Below, in pieces: positions 10,031-17,955 of a stretch of 64,000 nt of DNA (position 1 is its first letter; every line of letters begins with the position of its first letter). This DNA comes from an uncultured delta proteobacterium (GTDB taxonomy: Bacteria; Desulfobacterota; Binatia; Binatales; Binataceae), in NCBI GenBank assembly GCA_963717005.1, contig OY970324.1, positions 849,937 to 913,936 of the forward strand, in the 5' to 3' direction. A program made the translations under genes and the position numbers. Below the pieces are notes generated by a model, which worked only from the letters and a program-made list of their open reading frames with translations, was not told the DNA's origin and searched no databases.

Positions 10031-11461
10031 TCACGCCGCATTTGCGCGAATCGATTTAAGCTCGCGCTCGATTTTCTCGATCGAGAGCCGAAATGCCGAA
10101 TCACTGGTCACCCGCCGCATGATCAGGTTGTACGCGTGAATCACGGTCGAATGATCGCGCCCGAAATGTTCGCCGATGGTCGGAAACGAGCTGTCGGTCA
10201 GCTTGCGGCACAGATACATCGCGACCTGGCGGCAGAATGCGATGTGCTGGGTGCGCTTTTTCGACTTCAAATCCGTCAGCCGGATATGGAAAAAATCCGC
10301 AACCGTCTTCTGGATCGTTTCGATGTCGGGCTTCGCCTCTGAATTCCGCACCAGGTCCTGCAGCGCATTCCGGGCGAAGTCCACCGTGATCGCCGATCCA
10401 TCGAACGAAGCCAGCGCCGCCAGCCGCGTCAGGCATCCCTCCAGCTCGCGAACGTTGGACGAAACGCTCTGCGCGATATACATCGCGACCTCGGGCGCCA
10501 GCCGCAGGTTTTCGAGCACCGCCTTCTTCTGCACGATCGCCACCCGCGTCTCGAGATCGGGCGGCGCGATATCCGCAATCAAGCCCATCTCGAACCGGTT
10601 GCGCAGCCGCTCCTCCAGCCCCGGAATTTCGCGTGGTATCTTGTCCGACGTCAGGATGATCTGATGGCGCTCGGCGTGGAGCGCGTTGAAAGTATGGAAG
10701 AATTCTTCCTGCGTCCGCTCGCGCCCGGCCAGAAATTGCACGTCGTCGAGGATCAACGTATCGACCCGGCGAAACTTTTCGCGAAACTCGTTCATCTTGT
10801 CGCGCCGCAGCGAACCGATCAGCTCGTTCATGAATATCTCGGCCGGCATGAACAGAACTTTCCTCGGCCGATCGCCGCTCGCATATATATGATGCCCGAT
10901 CGCCGTCACCAGGTGCGTCTTGCCCAGGCCGACTCCGCCATAGATGAAGAGCGGGTTGTATTTTTCGCCCGGCTGGTTGGCCACCGCCTGCGCCGCCGCA
11001 TGCGCGAACTGATTGGCCGATCCCACCACGAACTCGGCGAAACTGTAGCGCGCGTTCAGGGTCGGATGCCGATCTCCACGCGGCGCGGCTATCGCCGGCG
11101 CACGACTCGCCATCGACGCCTTGCCGTTGCCATGCCCGTTTGAATGGCCATTGCCGTTTGAATGGCCATTGCCGTTGGCATGACCGTTCACCGGCCGTTG
11201 TTGCGTCGGCGCGACGGCCGCACTCTCGCCGAGCGTCAGCCGGACTTCGATTTCGCCGCCGGCCTCCGCCGACAGCGCCGATCGCATCAGACTCATATAA
11301 CGATCGTTGATCCAATCGCGAAAAAATCGATTAGGTGCCTCGACCGTGACGGTTGATCCTTGATGACCGACAAAATTGAGCGGCCCGATCCAGGTCTCAT
11401 AGCCGACCTGCCCGAGTTCATCGCGCATACGGTCCCCGGCCCGTTGCCACAAACCATTCAT
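10031..11461 (-). CDS. dnaA: chromosomal replication initiator DnaA
   Basis: Walker A GGVGLGKTHL, AAA+ and C-terminal DNA-binding domain. Start set at the MNGLWQ ATG (11461); the longer ORF-track start would overlap the DnaA boxes. Linker contains NGH-rich hexapeptide repeats. Confidence 0.9.
   Translation of the reverse strand: MNGLWQRAGDRMRDELGQVGYETWIGPLNFVGHQGSTVTVEAPNRFFRDWINDRYMSLMRSALSAEAGGEIEVRLTLGESAAVAPTQQRPVNGHANGNGHSNGNGHSNGHGNGKASMASRAPAIAAPRGDRHPTLNARYSFAEFVVGSANQFAHAAAQAVANQPGEKYNPLFIYGGVGLGKTHLVTAIGHHIYASGDRPRKVLFMPAEIFMNELIGSLRRDKMNEFREKFRRVDTLILDDVQFLAGRERTQEEFFHTFNALHAERHQIILTSDKIPREIPGLEERLRNRFEMGLIADIAPPDLETRVAIVQKKAVLENLRLAPEVAMYIAQSVSSNVRELEGCLTRLAALASFDGSAITVDFARNALQDLVRNSEAKPDIETIQKTVADFFHIRLTDLKSKKRTQHIAFCRQVAMYLCRKLTDSSFPTIGEHFGRDHSTVIHAYNLIMRRVTSDSAFRLSIEKIERELKSIRANAA
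11120..11191 (-). repeat. 18-bp tandem repeat (about 4 units) inside dnaA encoding NGHSNG-type linker repeats
   Basis: gtttgaatggccattgcc repeated perfectly twice with degenerate flanking units. Confidence 0.7.
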
Positions 11462-12056
11462 ATCGTTTCCCCCTGCCCAAACCGGACGCCAAAGACGCCC
11501 CGGAACTAGCGCGCCGGCATCGAGCGCGGCGCGAATTACGCACAGTCTTATCCACACCTGTGGATAAGCGGTATTTCCTCCGTTACAACCAACAATTTGA
11601 CGGTGCGAGACGCCGGACTATCAACTTGTCCGGGTTACGATCGGTTCTGTTAGGGTTAAAATTTCGGTGGAGAATGCGACTGCTATACACGTGCTTGGAA
11701 ACCATAGCTCACGCGCCGCGATGAACCGTTCAGTGGCAAATTGGTTCTTACAGTACGAAGTGTGCGGCCAAGGGAACGTGATAAACTTATTTCGTGAAGA
11801 GGACAAGCGCGCAAAAAATTTCCGCGCTATACGCGCGGATCAAAAAGGAAATTTCACGCGCGAGTGATCGTGCGCTCGCCGCGCGAAATTTCGCGCCGAT
11901 CGCGCGATCCCGCACATCTGCTCTGGAAGCCAGCATCCTCGATCACAACTTTTCGCGTCTCCGCGCATTTCTGTCGCGCGATCATCGCACACCAACAAAT
12001 TTTTCTTCGCGATCGAAAAAAAATTTTCGATCGCGCGGGATTGTCGAGCAATCGCG
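11462..12056. other. putative oriC, dnaA-upstream module
   Basis: Non-coding gap between divergent dnaA and hemL. Palindromic DnaA-box pair, about 10 GATC sites in 400 bp, palindromes cgcgaaatttcgcg and cgatcgaaaaaaaattttcgatcg, A8T4 tract. Confidence 0.6.
11547..11566. promoter_or_regulatory. head-to-head perfect DnaA boxes TTATCCACA cc TGTGGATAA
   Basis: Exact consensus 9-mers in inverted orientation 86 bp upstream of dnaA start. Confidence 0.75.
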
Positions 12057-13355
12057 GTGACCTCACGCAAAAATTCCGATCAACTTTTCAACCGCGCCAG
12101 TGTTAAGATTCCTGGCGCCGTCAATTCTCCCGTCCGCGCGTGGAAAGCCGTCGGCGGTGCGCCAATCTTCATCGAATGTAGCAGCGGTGCAACAATCACT
12201 GACGCCGACGGAAATGTTTTTCTCGACTACGTATGCTCCTACGGCCCCGCGATTCTCGGCCATGCTCATCCGCGTGTCATTCAAGCGATCGCAGAACAGG
12301 CGCGGCTGGGCTTGGGCTTCGGCGCGCCGACGCGCCTGGAAGTTGAGCTCGCGGAATTGCTTTCGGCGGCCATCGAATGCGCGCAAAAAGTCAGACTCGT
12401 CAGCTCGGGAACGGAAGCCGGCCTCACCGCGCTCCGACTCGCGCGCGCCGCCACCGGCCGCCCGAACATAATCAAGTTTGACGGATGCTATCACGGTCAT
12501 AGCGACTCGATGCTGGTGCGCGCCGGTTCAGGCGCGATGACTTTTGGTCAACCCGACAGCGGCGGCGTTCCATCGGCGCTCGCGGCGATGACGATGATTG
12601 CTCGATATAACTCGATTGAGACAGTCGAAGGTTTATTCCGCGCCGCGCCTGAAAAAATCGCCGCCGTGATCGTCGAGCCGGTCGCCGCCAACATGGGCGT
12701 CGTCAATCCTGACCCCGGTTCGTTAAAGGCGCTCGCCGAGATCGCGCACAGCAACGGCGCGCTTCTGATCTGTGACGAAGTTATATCCGGGTTTCGACTC
12801 TGCTTCGGCTCCGCAGCCGAGAGCATGGGCGTCGCGCCCGACCTCATCATGCTCGGAAAAATAATCGGCGGCGGGCTCCCGGTGGGTGCGATCGCCGGAC
12901 CGGCGAAAATCATGGACCTGCTCGCGCCTCTCGGTCCGGTGTACCAGGCTGGAACATTGTCGGGAAATCCGCTTTCTGTTCGCGCCGGTCTCGAGACGCT
13001 TCGCATCCTGAAGGAAAGCGATCCCTATCCCGCACTCGACGCTGTCGGCGCGCGCCTCGAAGCCGGCCTTCGCGATGCGCTCAAGAAAACCGGCCAGCCC
13101 GGATGCGTCAATCGCGCCGGCTCGCTGCTGACGATGTTCCTCGGCCCCAATCAGGTGCGCGACGCCGACGAGGCGCGCACCTCCGATTCGGCAAAGTTCG
13201 CCAGGTTTTTCCACGGGATGCTCGAACGCGGCATCAACATCCCACCGTCGCAGTTCGAGGCGATGTTCCTTTCGACCGCGCATGCCGACGCCGACATCGA
13301 CCGCACCATCGCCGCCGCCCGCGAATCGCTCGGCGATCTCTCGCGAGCCAAATGA
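12057..13355 (+). CDS. hemL: glutamate-1-semialdehyde 2,1-aminomutase
   Basis: 432 aa; IPGAVNSPVRAW near N-terminus and class III aminotransferase pattern; GTG start. Confidence 0.9.
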   Translation: MTSRKNSDQLFNRASVKIPGAVNSPVRAWKAVGGAPIFIECSSGATITDADGNVFLDYVCSYGPAILGHAHPRVIQAIAEQARLGLGFGAPTRLEVELAELLSAAIECAQKVRLVSSGTEAGLTALRLARAATGRPNIIKFDGCYHGHSDSMLVRAGSGAMTFGQPDSGGVPSALAAMTMIARYNSIETVEGLFRAAPEKIAAVIVEPVAANMGVVNPDPGSLKALAEIAHSNGALLICDEVISGFRLCFGSAAESMGVAPDLIMLGKIIGGGLPVGAIAGPAKIMDLLAPLGPVYQAGTLSGNPLSVRAGLETLRILKESDPYPALDAVGARLEAGLRDALKKTGQPGCVNRAGSLLTMFLGPNQVRDADEARTSDSAKFARFFHGMLERGINIPPSQFEAMFLSTAHADADIDRTIAAARESLGDLSRAK

Positions 13356-13418
13356 AAGCCGACTAATCTTTTTTTGGCAAACGCATTGAGAGTTCTCAGG
13401 ATCTCGAGGTGACAGCAA

Positions 13419-13688
13419 ATGTGCCGGAATATCAAAACGCTTTTCAATTTCGAGCCTCCGGTAACCGACCAAGAGGTGCGTGCCGCCTCGCTGCAATTCG
13501 TGCGGAAGATCACCGGCTTCAACAAACCGTCGAAGGCGAACGAAGGCGCATTCATGACCGCCATCGACGAAATAGCGGACGTCTCGGCCCGCCTTCTCCA
13601 CTCGCTCGAGACCAATGCGCCCACGCGAAATCGCGACGAAGAAGCCGCCAAGGCCAAAGCTCGCGCCGCCGAAAGATTCGGTACCTGA
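13419..13688 (+). CDS. DUF2277-like small protein
   Basis: 89 aa beginning MCRNIKTLFNFEPPVTDQEVRAASLQFVRKITG, recalled as the DUF2277 pattern. Confidence 0.45.
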   Translation: MCRNIKTLFNFEPPVTDQEVRAASLQFVRKITGFNKPSKANEGAFMTAIDEIADVSARLLHSLETNAPTRNRDEEAAKAKARAAERFGT

Positions 13689-13747
13689 TCGCCCACGAGG
13701 ACTCGCCGTTGCCGTTGATCCAGGGAAAATACGCGCGCCCACTCGCG

Positions 13748-13924
13748 ATGGCGCTCGAGATCCCGATGTCCCCGATCGCCGGCGGCATCTTCGGCCATTA
13801 CATCGACGTGTATTTCAACACCGAGCCGTGGTTCACCGGCATCCTCGCCTTCGCCGGCTTCATTCATTCGATCGTGACCGTCATCAGGATCGCCCGCGAA
13901 GTCCCGCCGACTTCGCAAGGCTAA
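13748..13924 (+). CDS. atpZ: AtpZ-like small membrane protein (F0F1 ATPase gene-1 protein)
   Basis: 58 aa, GHYIDVYFNTEPWFTGILAFAGF matches AtpZ motif; immediately upstream of atpI; not in ORF track (below 60 aa). Confidence 0.4.
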   Translation: MALEIPMSPIAGGIFGHYIDVYFNTEPWFTGILAFAGFIHSIVTVIRIAREVPPTSQG

Positions 13925-13933
13925 CGACGCAGC

Positions 13934-14323
13934 GTGCGCAACGATCAGATCCCGACCATCGGGGCGATACAGCGGATGAACGCGATTCTCGTCGCCCTCA
14001 CCGCGGCGCTTCTCTTTTTTTTTGACTCGCCCGCCGCCGCCGTGGGATGTCTGCTCGGTGGCTCTATAGTGATCGTGAACCTGTGGGTGCTGAGCCTGCT
14101 CGGCTCGGCGATCCTCGCGGCCGCCGGTGCCGGCGTTTCCGGCGCCGCCGCAAAATTTGGCGTCATCGCGATACCACTCAAGATGCTGATCGTCGTCGGC
14201 CTGGTCTTTCTTATCTTCCGGCGCACCAATGTTGACGGTGTCGGATTCGCGCTCGGAGTCTTGACTCAGATGACCGCTGCAATTATTGAAACCGGACGTG
14301 CTTCGCTCCGCGGCACCAGCTAA
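13934..14323 (+). CDS. atpI: ATP synthase protein I (AtpI)
   Basis: 129 aa, four hydrophobic helices, position upstream of atpB. Confidence 0.5.
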   Translation: MRNDQIPTIGAIQRMNAILVALTAALLFFFDSPAAAVGCLLGGSIVIVNLWVLSLLGSAILAAAGAGVSGAAAKFGVIAIPLKMLIVVGLVFLIFRRTNVDGVGFALGVLTQMTAAIIETGRASLRGTS

Positions 14324-14347
14324 GATTGCCGCGGCGGAGATAATCAT

Positions 14348-15043
14348 TTGCAGACATCGATAAACTTTCTCGAAATGATCGGCGGCGGCAAAATCCCCGA
14401 GGTCCTCGTCGGCACCTGGCTGGTGATGGGCATCCTGCTGATTTTCGGCCTCCTCGCGCGACGCTCACTGGCCGCGGCCGCCGACCCGGTAGTCCCCGAC
14501 GACACGATCACCCTGCGCTCGGTCGCCGAGACCATCGTCGAATGGGCCGACGGTTTCGTTTCCGAAGTTACCCAGCTCCATCACTATCGCCAAATGGTCC
14601 CGTTCTTCGGCACCCTGTTCCTGTTCATCCTGCTCGCGAATTTTCTCGGACTCGTCCCGGGAATGGAACCTCCGACCGCCGATACCGATCTCACTTTTGC
14701 GCTCGGCACGATTTGTTTCGTGTATTACTTCTACCAGGGGATGAAGGCCAACGGAGTGCTCGGCTACTTGGGCACTTTTCTCGGTCCGATGCTCTTTCTC
14801 GCGCCGCTCATGCTGATAATTGAGATCGTCGACAATCTGTTCCGTCCGTTTTCGCTCGGCGTACGTCTTTTCGCTAACATGTTTGCCGATCACATGGTGC
14901 TGGGTATCTTTACCGGCTTGACCAAGTTGTTCGTCCCGCTGGCATTCCTGGCGCTTGGCTCCATCGTGTGCATCATTCAGGCGATGGTCTTCATGGTCCT
15001 GTCGATGGCGTACGTGCGACTCGCGGTCGAGCACGAACATTAA
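14348..15043 (+). CDS. atpB: F0F1 ATP synthase subunit a
   Basis: 231 aa; conserved Arg in GVRLFANMFADHMV. Confidence 0.85.
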   Translation: MQTSINFLEMIGGGKIPEVLVGTWLVMGILLIFGLLARRSLAAAADPVVPDDTITLRSVAETIVEWADGFVSEVTQLHHYRQMVPFFGTLFLFILLANFLGLVPGMEPPTADTDLTFALGTICFVYYFYQGMKANGVLGYLGTFLGPMLFLAPLMLIIEIVDNLFRPFSLGVRLFANMFADHMVLGIFTGLTKLFVPLAFLALGSIVCIIQAMVFMVLSMAYVRLAVEHEH

Positions 15044-15170
15044 GTGAAAAACGGAAAAGAATAAAAGAGATTTCATGCGCCCGGGATTCCGCCCGGAAAT
15101 TGCGGTGGTAGAGGAAGAGAGGCGGCCGGTTTCGGAACTTGTAGGCGCCCGAAACAAGGAGGAACGAGAA

Positions 15171-15515
15171 ATGGTTCGAAAGATTGGCAACGTAATGGGA
15201 ATTGTCGCGCTCGCGCTCGTCGCGTCACCGCTGCTCGCGATGGCGCAGGAGGCCGCGGTCCCCGTCGTCCGCATGACGCAGTCGCCGCTGAGCGTCGGAC
15301 TTATCGCACTCGCCGCCAACTTGGGCGTCGGCATCGCGGCCTTCGGCAGCGCGCTCGGTCAGGGCCGCATGGCCGCCTCGGCAATGGAATCGATCGGCCG
15401 CAATCCAAACGCCGCCGGCCAGATCTTCACCCCGATGCTGCTCGGCCTGGCCTTCATCGAAGCGCTGACCCTGTACGCGCTCTTGATTGGATTCCTGTTG
15501 CAGCTCAAGATCTGA
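15171..15515 (+). CDS. atpE: F0F1 ATP synthase subunit c (with N-terminal extension)
   Basis: Hairpin c-subunit with conserved carboxylate in FIEALTLYALLIGF. Start chosen at ATG 15171 with aaggagg RBS. Confidence 0.85.
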   Translation: MVRKIGNVMGIVALALVASPLLAMAQEAAVPVVRMTQSPLSVGLIALAANLGVGIAAFGSALGQGRMAASAMESIGRNPNAAGQIFTPMLLGLAFIEALTLYALLIGFLLQLKI

Positions 15516-15543
15516 AGATACGTCGTCAGTGCGCGCAAACAAC

Positions 15544-15571
15544 GGGGCCCACTTCGGGCCCCGTTTTTTTT
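15544..15571 (+). terminator. rho-independent terminator after atpE
   Basis: ggggcccacttcgggcccc stem-loop followed by T8. Confidence 0.8.
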
Positions 15572-15704
15572 CCCGGCGACGACTCGGCGAAAGATTACAT
15601 CCAGGAGATCGGCCCGTTGTCGACATCGTACATTGGTCGTACTAAGAAACAGGAATAGTCTTGAAAACGCGATTCTGAATAGTCAGTTAAAAGGGAGGAG
15701 CGGA

Positions 15705-16121
15705 ATGCGCGATCTATGGATCATCTTGCTAGTCCTTGGGCTGTGGTCATCTCCGGCGCGGGCTCAAACCTCATTTGTCAATCCGAATTATGGCGGCGGG
15801 TCCACAATCACCACGCCAGGGCGGCCGCCGACTTTCGTCAATCCGAATTATGGCGGCGGCTACACCATGACTACCCCAGGCCGACCTCCGACCTTCGTCA
15901 ATCCCAACTACGGCGGCGGCTACACGATAACGACCCCCGGCCAGTCACCGACCTTCGTTAATCCCAACTACGGCGGCGGTTACACAATGACTACGCCAGG
16001 TCAGCCCCCGACCTTTGTCAATCCCAACTACGGCGGTGGCGCCACGGCTACAACTCCCGGCCGGCCCCCTACATTCATCAATCCAAACTATGGCGGCGGA
16101 TACACGGTCACGACGCCGTGA
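15705..16121 (+). CDS. small secreted protein with six 20-aa tandem repeats (TFVNPNYGGGYTxTTPGRPP)
   Basis: Signal peptide MRDLWIILLVLGLWSSPARAQ, RBS aagggagga, six 60-bp tandem DNA repeats with synonymous differences, lower GC than flanks. Confidence 0.6.
   Translation: MRDLWIILLVLGLWSSPARAQTSFVNPNYGGGSTITTPGRPPTFVNPNYGGGYTMTTPGRPPTFVNPNYGGGYTITTPGQSPTFVNPNYGGGYTMTTPGQPPTFVNPNYGGGATATTPGRPPTFINPNYGGGYTVTTP
15774..16121 (+). repeat. 6 x 60-bp tandem repeat (coding)
   Basis: Units start 15774, 15834, 15894, 15954, 16014, 16074. Confidence 0.85.
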
Positions 16122-16271
16122 CAATGTTGGGAATGACGACTCATCAAAGCCGCATTCGAATTGCAGCTACGAGACGGAACGCGGACTTCGCCTCCATGAT
16201 TGTCCCAGTCGGTGGCGGCCGCCACTCAGGTCCGTGAAAGAGCGCTTCGTTTGTTGTAGGCTCCATGCACT

Positions 16272-17456
16272 GTGAGCACCGGGAGGTTATCCATAAGGGC
16301 CTTGCTACTCCGCTGGGGGCGCGAAACCGCGGGCCTGAGCCTTGAACAAGCCGCAAAAAGAACCGGCATCCGCCGCAGAACGCTTTATCAGTGGGAAGAG
16401 TTGGGCGGCCATCTAACTCCCAGCCAGCTCGAGAAGATAGCCGATATATATCATCGTCCTACGGCGGCGTTCTTTCTTCCAGATCCTCCGCCAAAGCCCT
16501 TAATTGGCACGGATTTTCGACGGCACTCAGCCCATCGCGGAAATCCAATTGGACCATCAACACAGCTGGCTCTTAGGCGTGCTAGGTGGCTACAGAGGAC
16601 GTTTGTCGAAATTTCCGATGATCTAGGGACGAATGGCAAACGCTTCTCTCTCAAAGCGAGACTCGAAGACGAACCGAACGCGGTAGCCTCGGAGGTGCGC
16701 CGCGTCATCGGTGTATCGATCGAGCAACAACTCAAGTGGAATGAACCCGGACGTGCGCTTCGTGAATGGAGGAGCCGGTTTGGGGCGGTTGGCATACTTG
16801 TTTTTCAATTCCGGATCGTAGCGGAAGAGAAAGTGAGAGGATTTTCTCTGGGAAATGGGGTGCCGGCGATAGCGTTGAACTCAACAGACACCGTTACCGG
16901 ACGAGTCTTCACGCTATTCCATGAATTGGCTCATATCCTCCTAGCCCGACCGGGCTTATGTGATCCAGTAGAAGCGCCAGCCAGGACGGCGCGCCGAACT
17001 AACGCCGCAGGGGACGCTCGAATCGAGACTTTCTGCGACCGTTTCTCCGGAGATTTTTTAGTGCCGCATGTTGCGTTGCTGCAGCAACCTGAAGTCCTCA
17101 AATATCAGCAGGGCCAACACGACTTGGTTACCTTGGTGGAGAAATGTTCACGTGCATTCGGGGTCAGTCGTTTGATGTTCCTGCGTCGGATGCATGATGA
17201 GGGAATCATTTCTGCAAACCTCTACTGGTCTCTCTTCAGAGAATGGACTCAGGCTGGAGCACGTCGCCAGAGCGGCGGGTTCACGTCACCGCCGACAAAG
17301 ACGCTCGCAGAGCTAGGTCCCACGTTCGTCAATCGCGTTCTTAATGCGTTGGACGGAGGTGCGATCACGTATTCCGATGTAGCTGATTATTTGTCACTTC
17401 GACTGAAGCATGTGGATCGCCTGCGGGAACTACTGCCCGGCGAGGCGCCTGCTTGA
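16272..17456 (+). CDS. XRE-family HTH fused to ImmA/IrrE (M78, DUF955) zinc metallopeptidase
   Basis: N-terminal HTH LSLEQAAKRTGIRRRTLYQWE and C-terminal HEXXH (FHELAHIL). GTG start. Lower GC than surroundings. Confidence 0.7.
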   Translation: MSTGRLSIRALLLRWGRETAGLSLEQAAKRTGIRRRTLYQWEELGGHLTPSQLEKIADIYHRPTAAFFLPDPPPKPLIGTDFRRHSAHRGNPIGPSTQLALRRARWLQRTFVEISDDLGTNGKRFSLKARLEDEPNAVASEVRRVIGVSIEQQLKWNEPGRALREWRSRFGAVGILVFQFRIVAEEKVRGFSLGNGVPAIALNSTDTVTGRVFTLFHELAHILLARPGLCDPVEAPARTARRTNAAGDARIETFCDRFSGDFLVPHVALLQQPEVLKYQQGQHDLVTLVEKCSRAFGVSRLMFLRRMHDEGIISANLYWSLFREWTQAGARRQSGGFTSPPTKTLAELGPTFVNRVLNALDGGAITYSDVADYLSLRLKHVDRLRELLPGEAPA

Positions 17457-17920
17457 GTGCAAGATTCGTTATCGACTCGAGCTCTCTAATCCGGCTCTCA
17501 CGAGAAAATCCTCGTGCTAAATATTCAAGTCTATGGGACCGGGTTGAAAAATTAATCGAGAGGGGCCTTTTGCGCGCGCCGCGCGAAGTGCATCGCGAGT
17601 TAGAGCGACGTGACGACGAGTTGCTGGAATGGTCGAAAGCCAGAGGTGAACTCTTCGTAGATCCAGATGAAGCTCAGACCCGAAGGCTGGAGGAACTTCT
17701 TCGCAAGTTTCCGACACTGGTAGACTCAGATCGGATCGGCCCTTTTGCCGATCCGTGGGTCGTGGCGTTGGCAGCGCATTTGAGTTCTCCACCAGCGGAT
17801 CCTTGGATCGTGGTAACTGAGGAGCAGCCAAGGGGAACAGGATCCACCAAGATTCCTGATTTGTGCGCAGCCTTCAGTATTGAGTGCATCAATCTCATCG
17901 GGTTGTTTTCATCGGTATAG
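17453..17920 (+). CDS. DUF4411-like PIN-fold protein, translationally coupled to the ImmA-HTH gene
   Basis: 155 aa. TTG start overlapping upstream TGA (TTGA). N-terminal VIDSSS and ADPWVVALA motifs consistent with PIN-like fold recalled for DUF4411. Confidence 0.5.
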   Translation: MSARFVIDSSSLIRLSRENPRAKYSSLWDRVEKLIERGLLRAPREVHRELERRDDELLEWSKARGELFVDPDEAQTRRLEELLRKFPTLVDSDRIGPFADPWVVALAAHLSSPPADPWIVVTEEQPRGTGSTKIPDLCAAFSIECINLIGLFSSV

Positions 17921-17955
17921 CGCCACGATAACCCTCTGAGTGGGGCCTTCAGCAG

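Noticed and set aside
9959-10342. 127-aa plus-strand ORF across dnaA 3' end
   Set aside because: Starts in the hairpin downstream of dnaA and overlaps the dnaA C-terminal DNA-binding domain on the opposite strand.
11462-11557. N-terminal extension of the dnaA ORF
   Set aside because: Would place the palindromic DnaA boxes inside the coding sequence; conserved DnaA N-terminus begins at the internal Met.
13151-14347. 398-aa minus-strand ORF spanning hemL 3' end to atpI
   Set aside because: Crosses two intergenic regions and three well-supported plus-strand genes; low-complexity translation.
15774-16121. 60-bp tandem repeats as non-coding satellite or CRISPR-like array
   Set aside because: Contiguous with no spacers, in frame, with synonymous-only variation, preceded by RBS and signal peptide.
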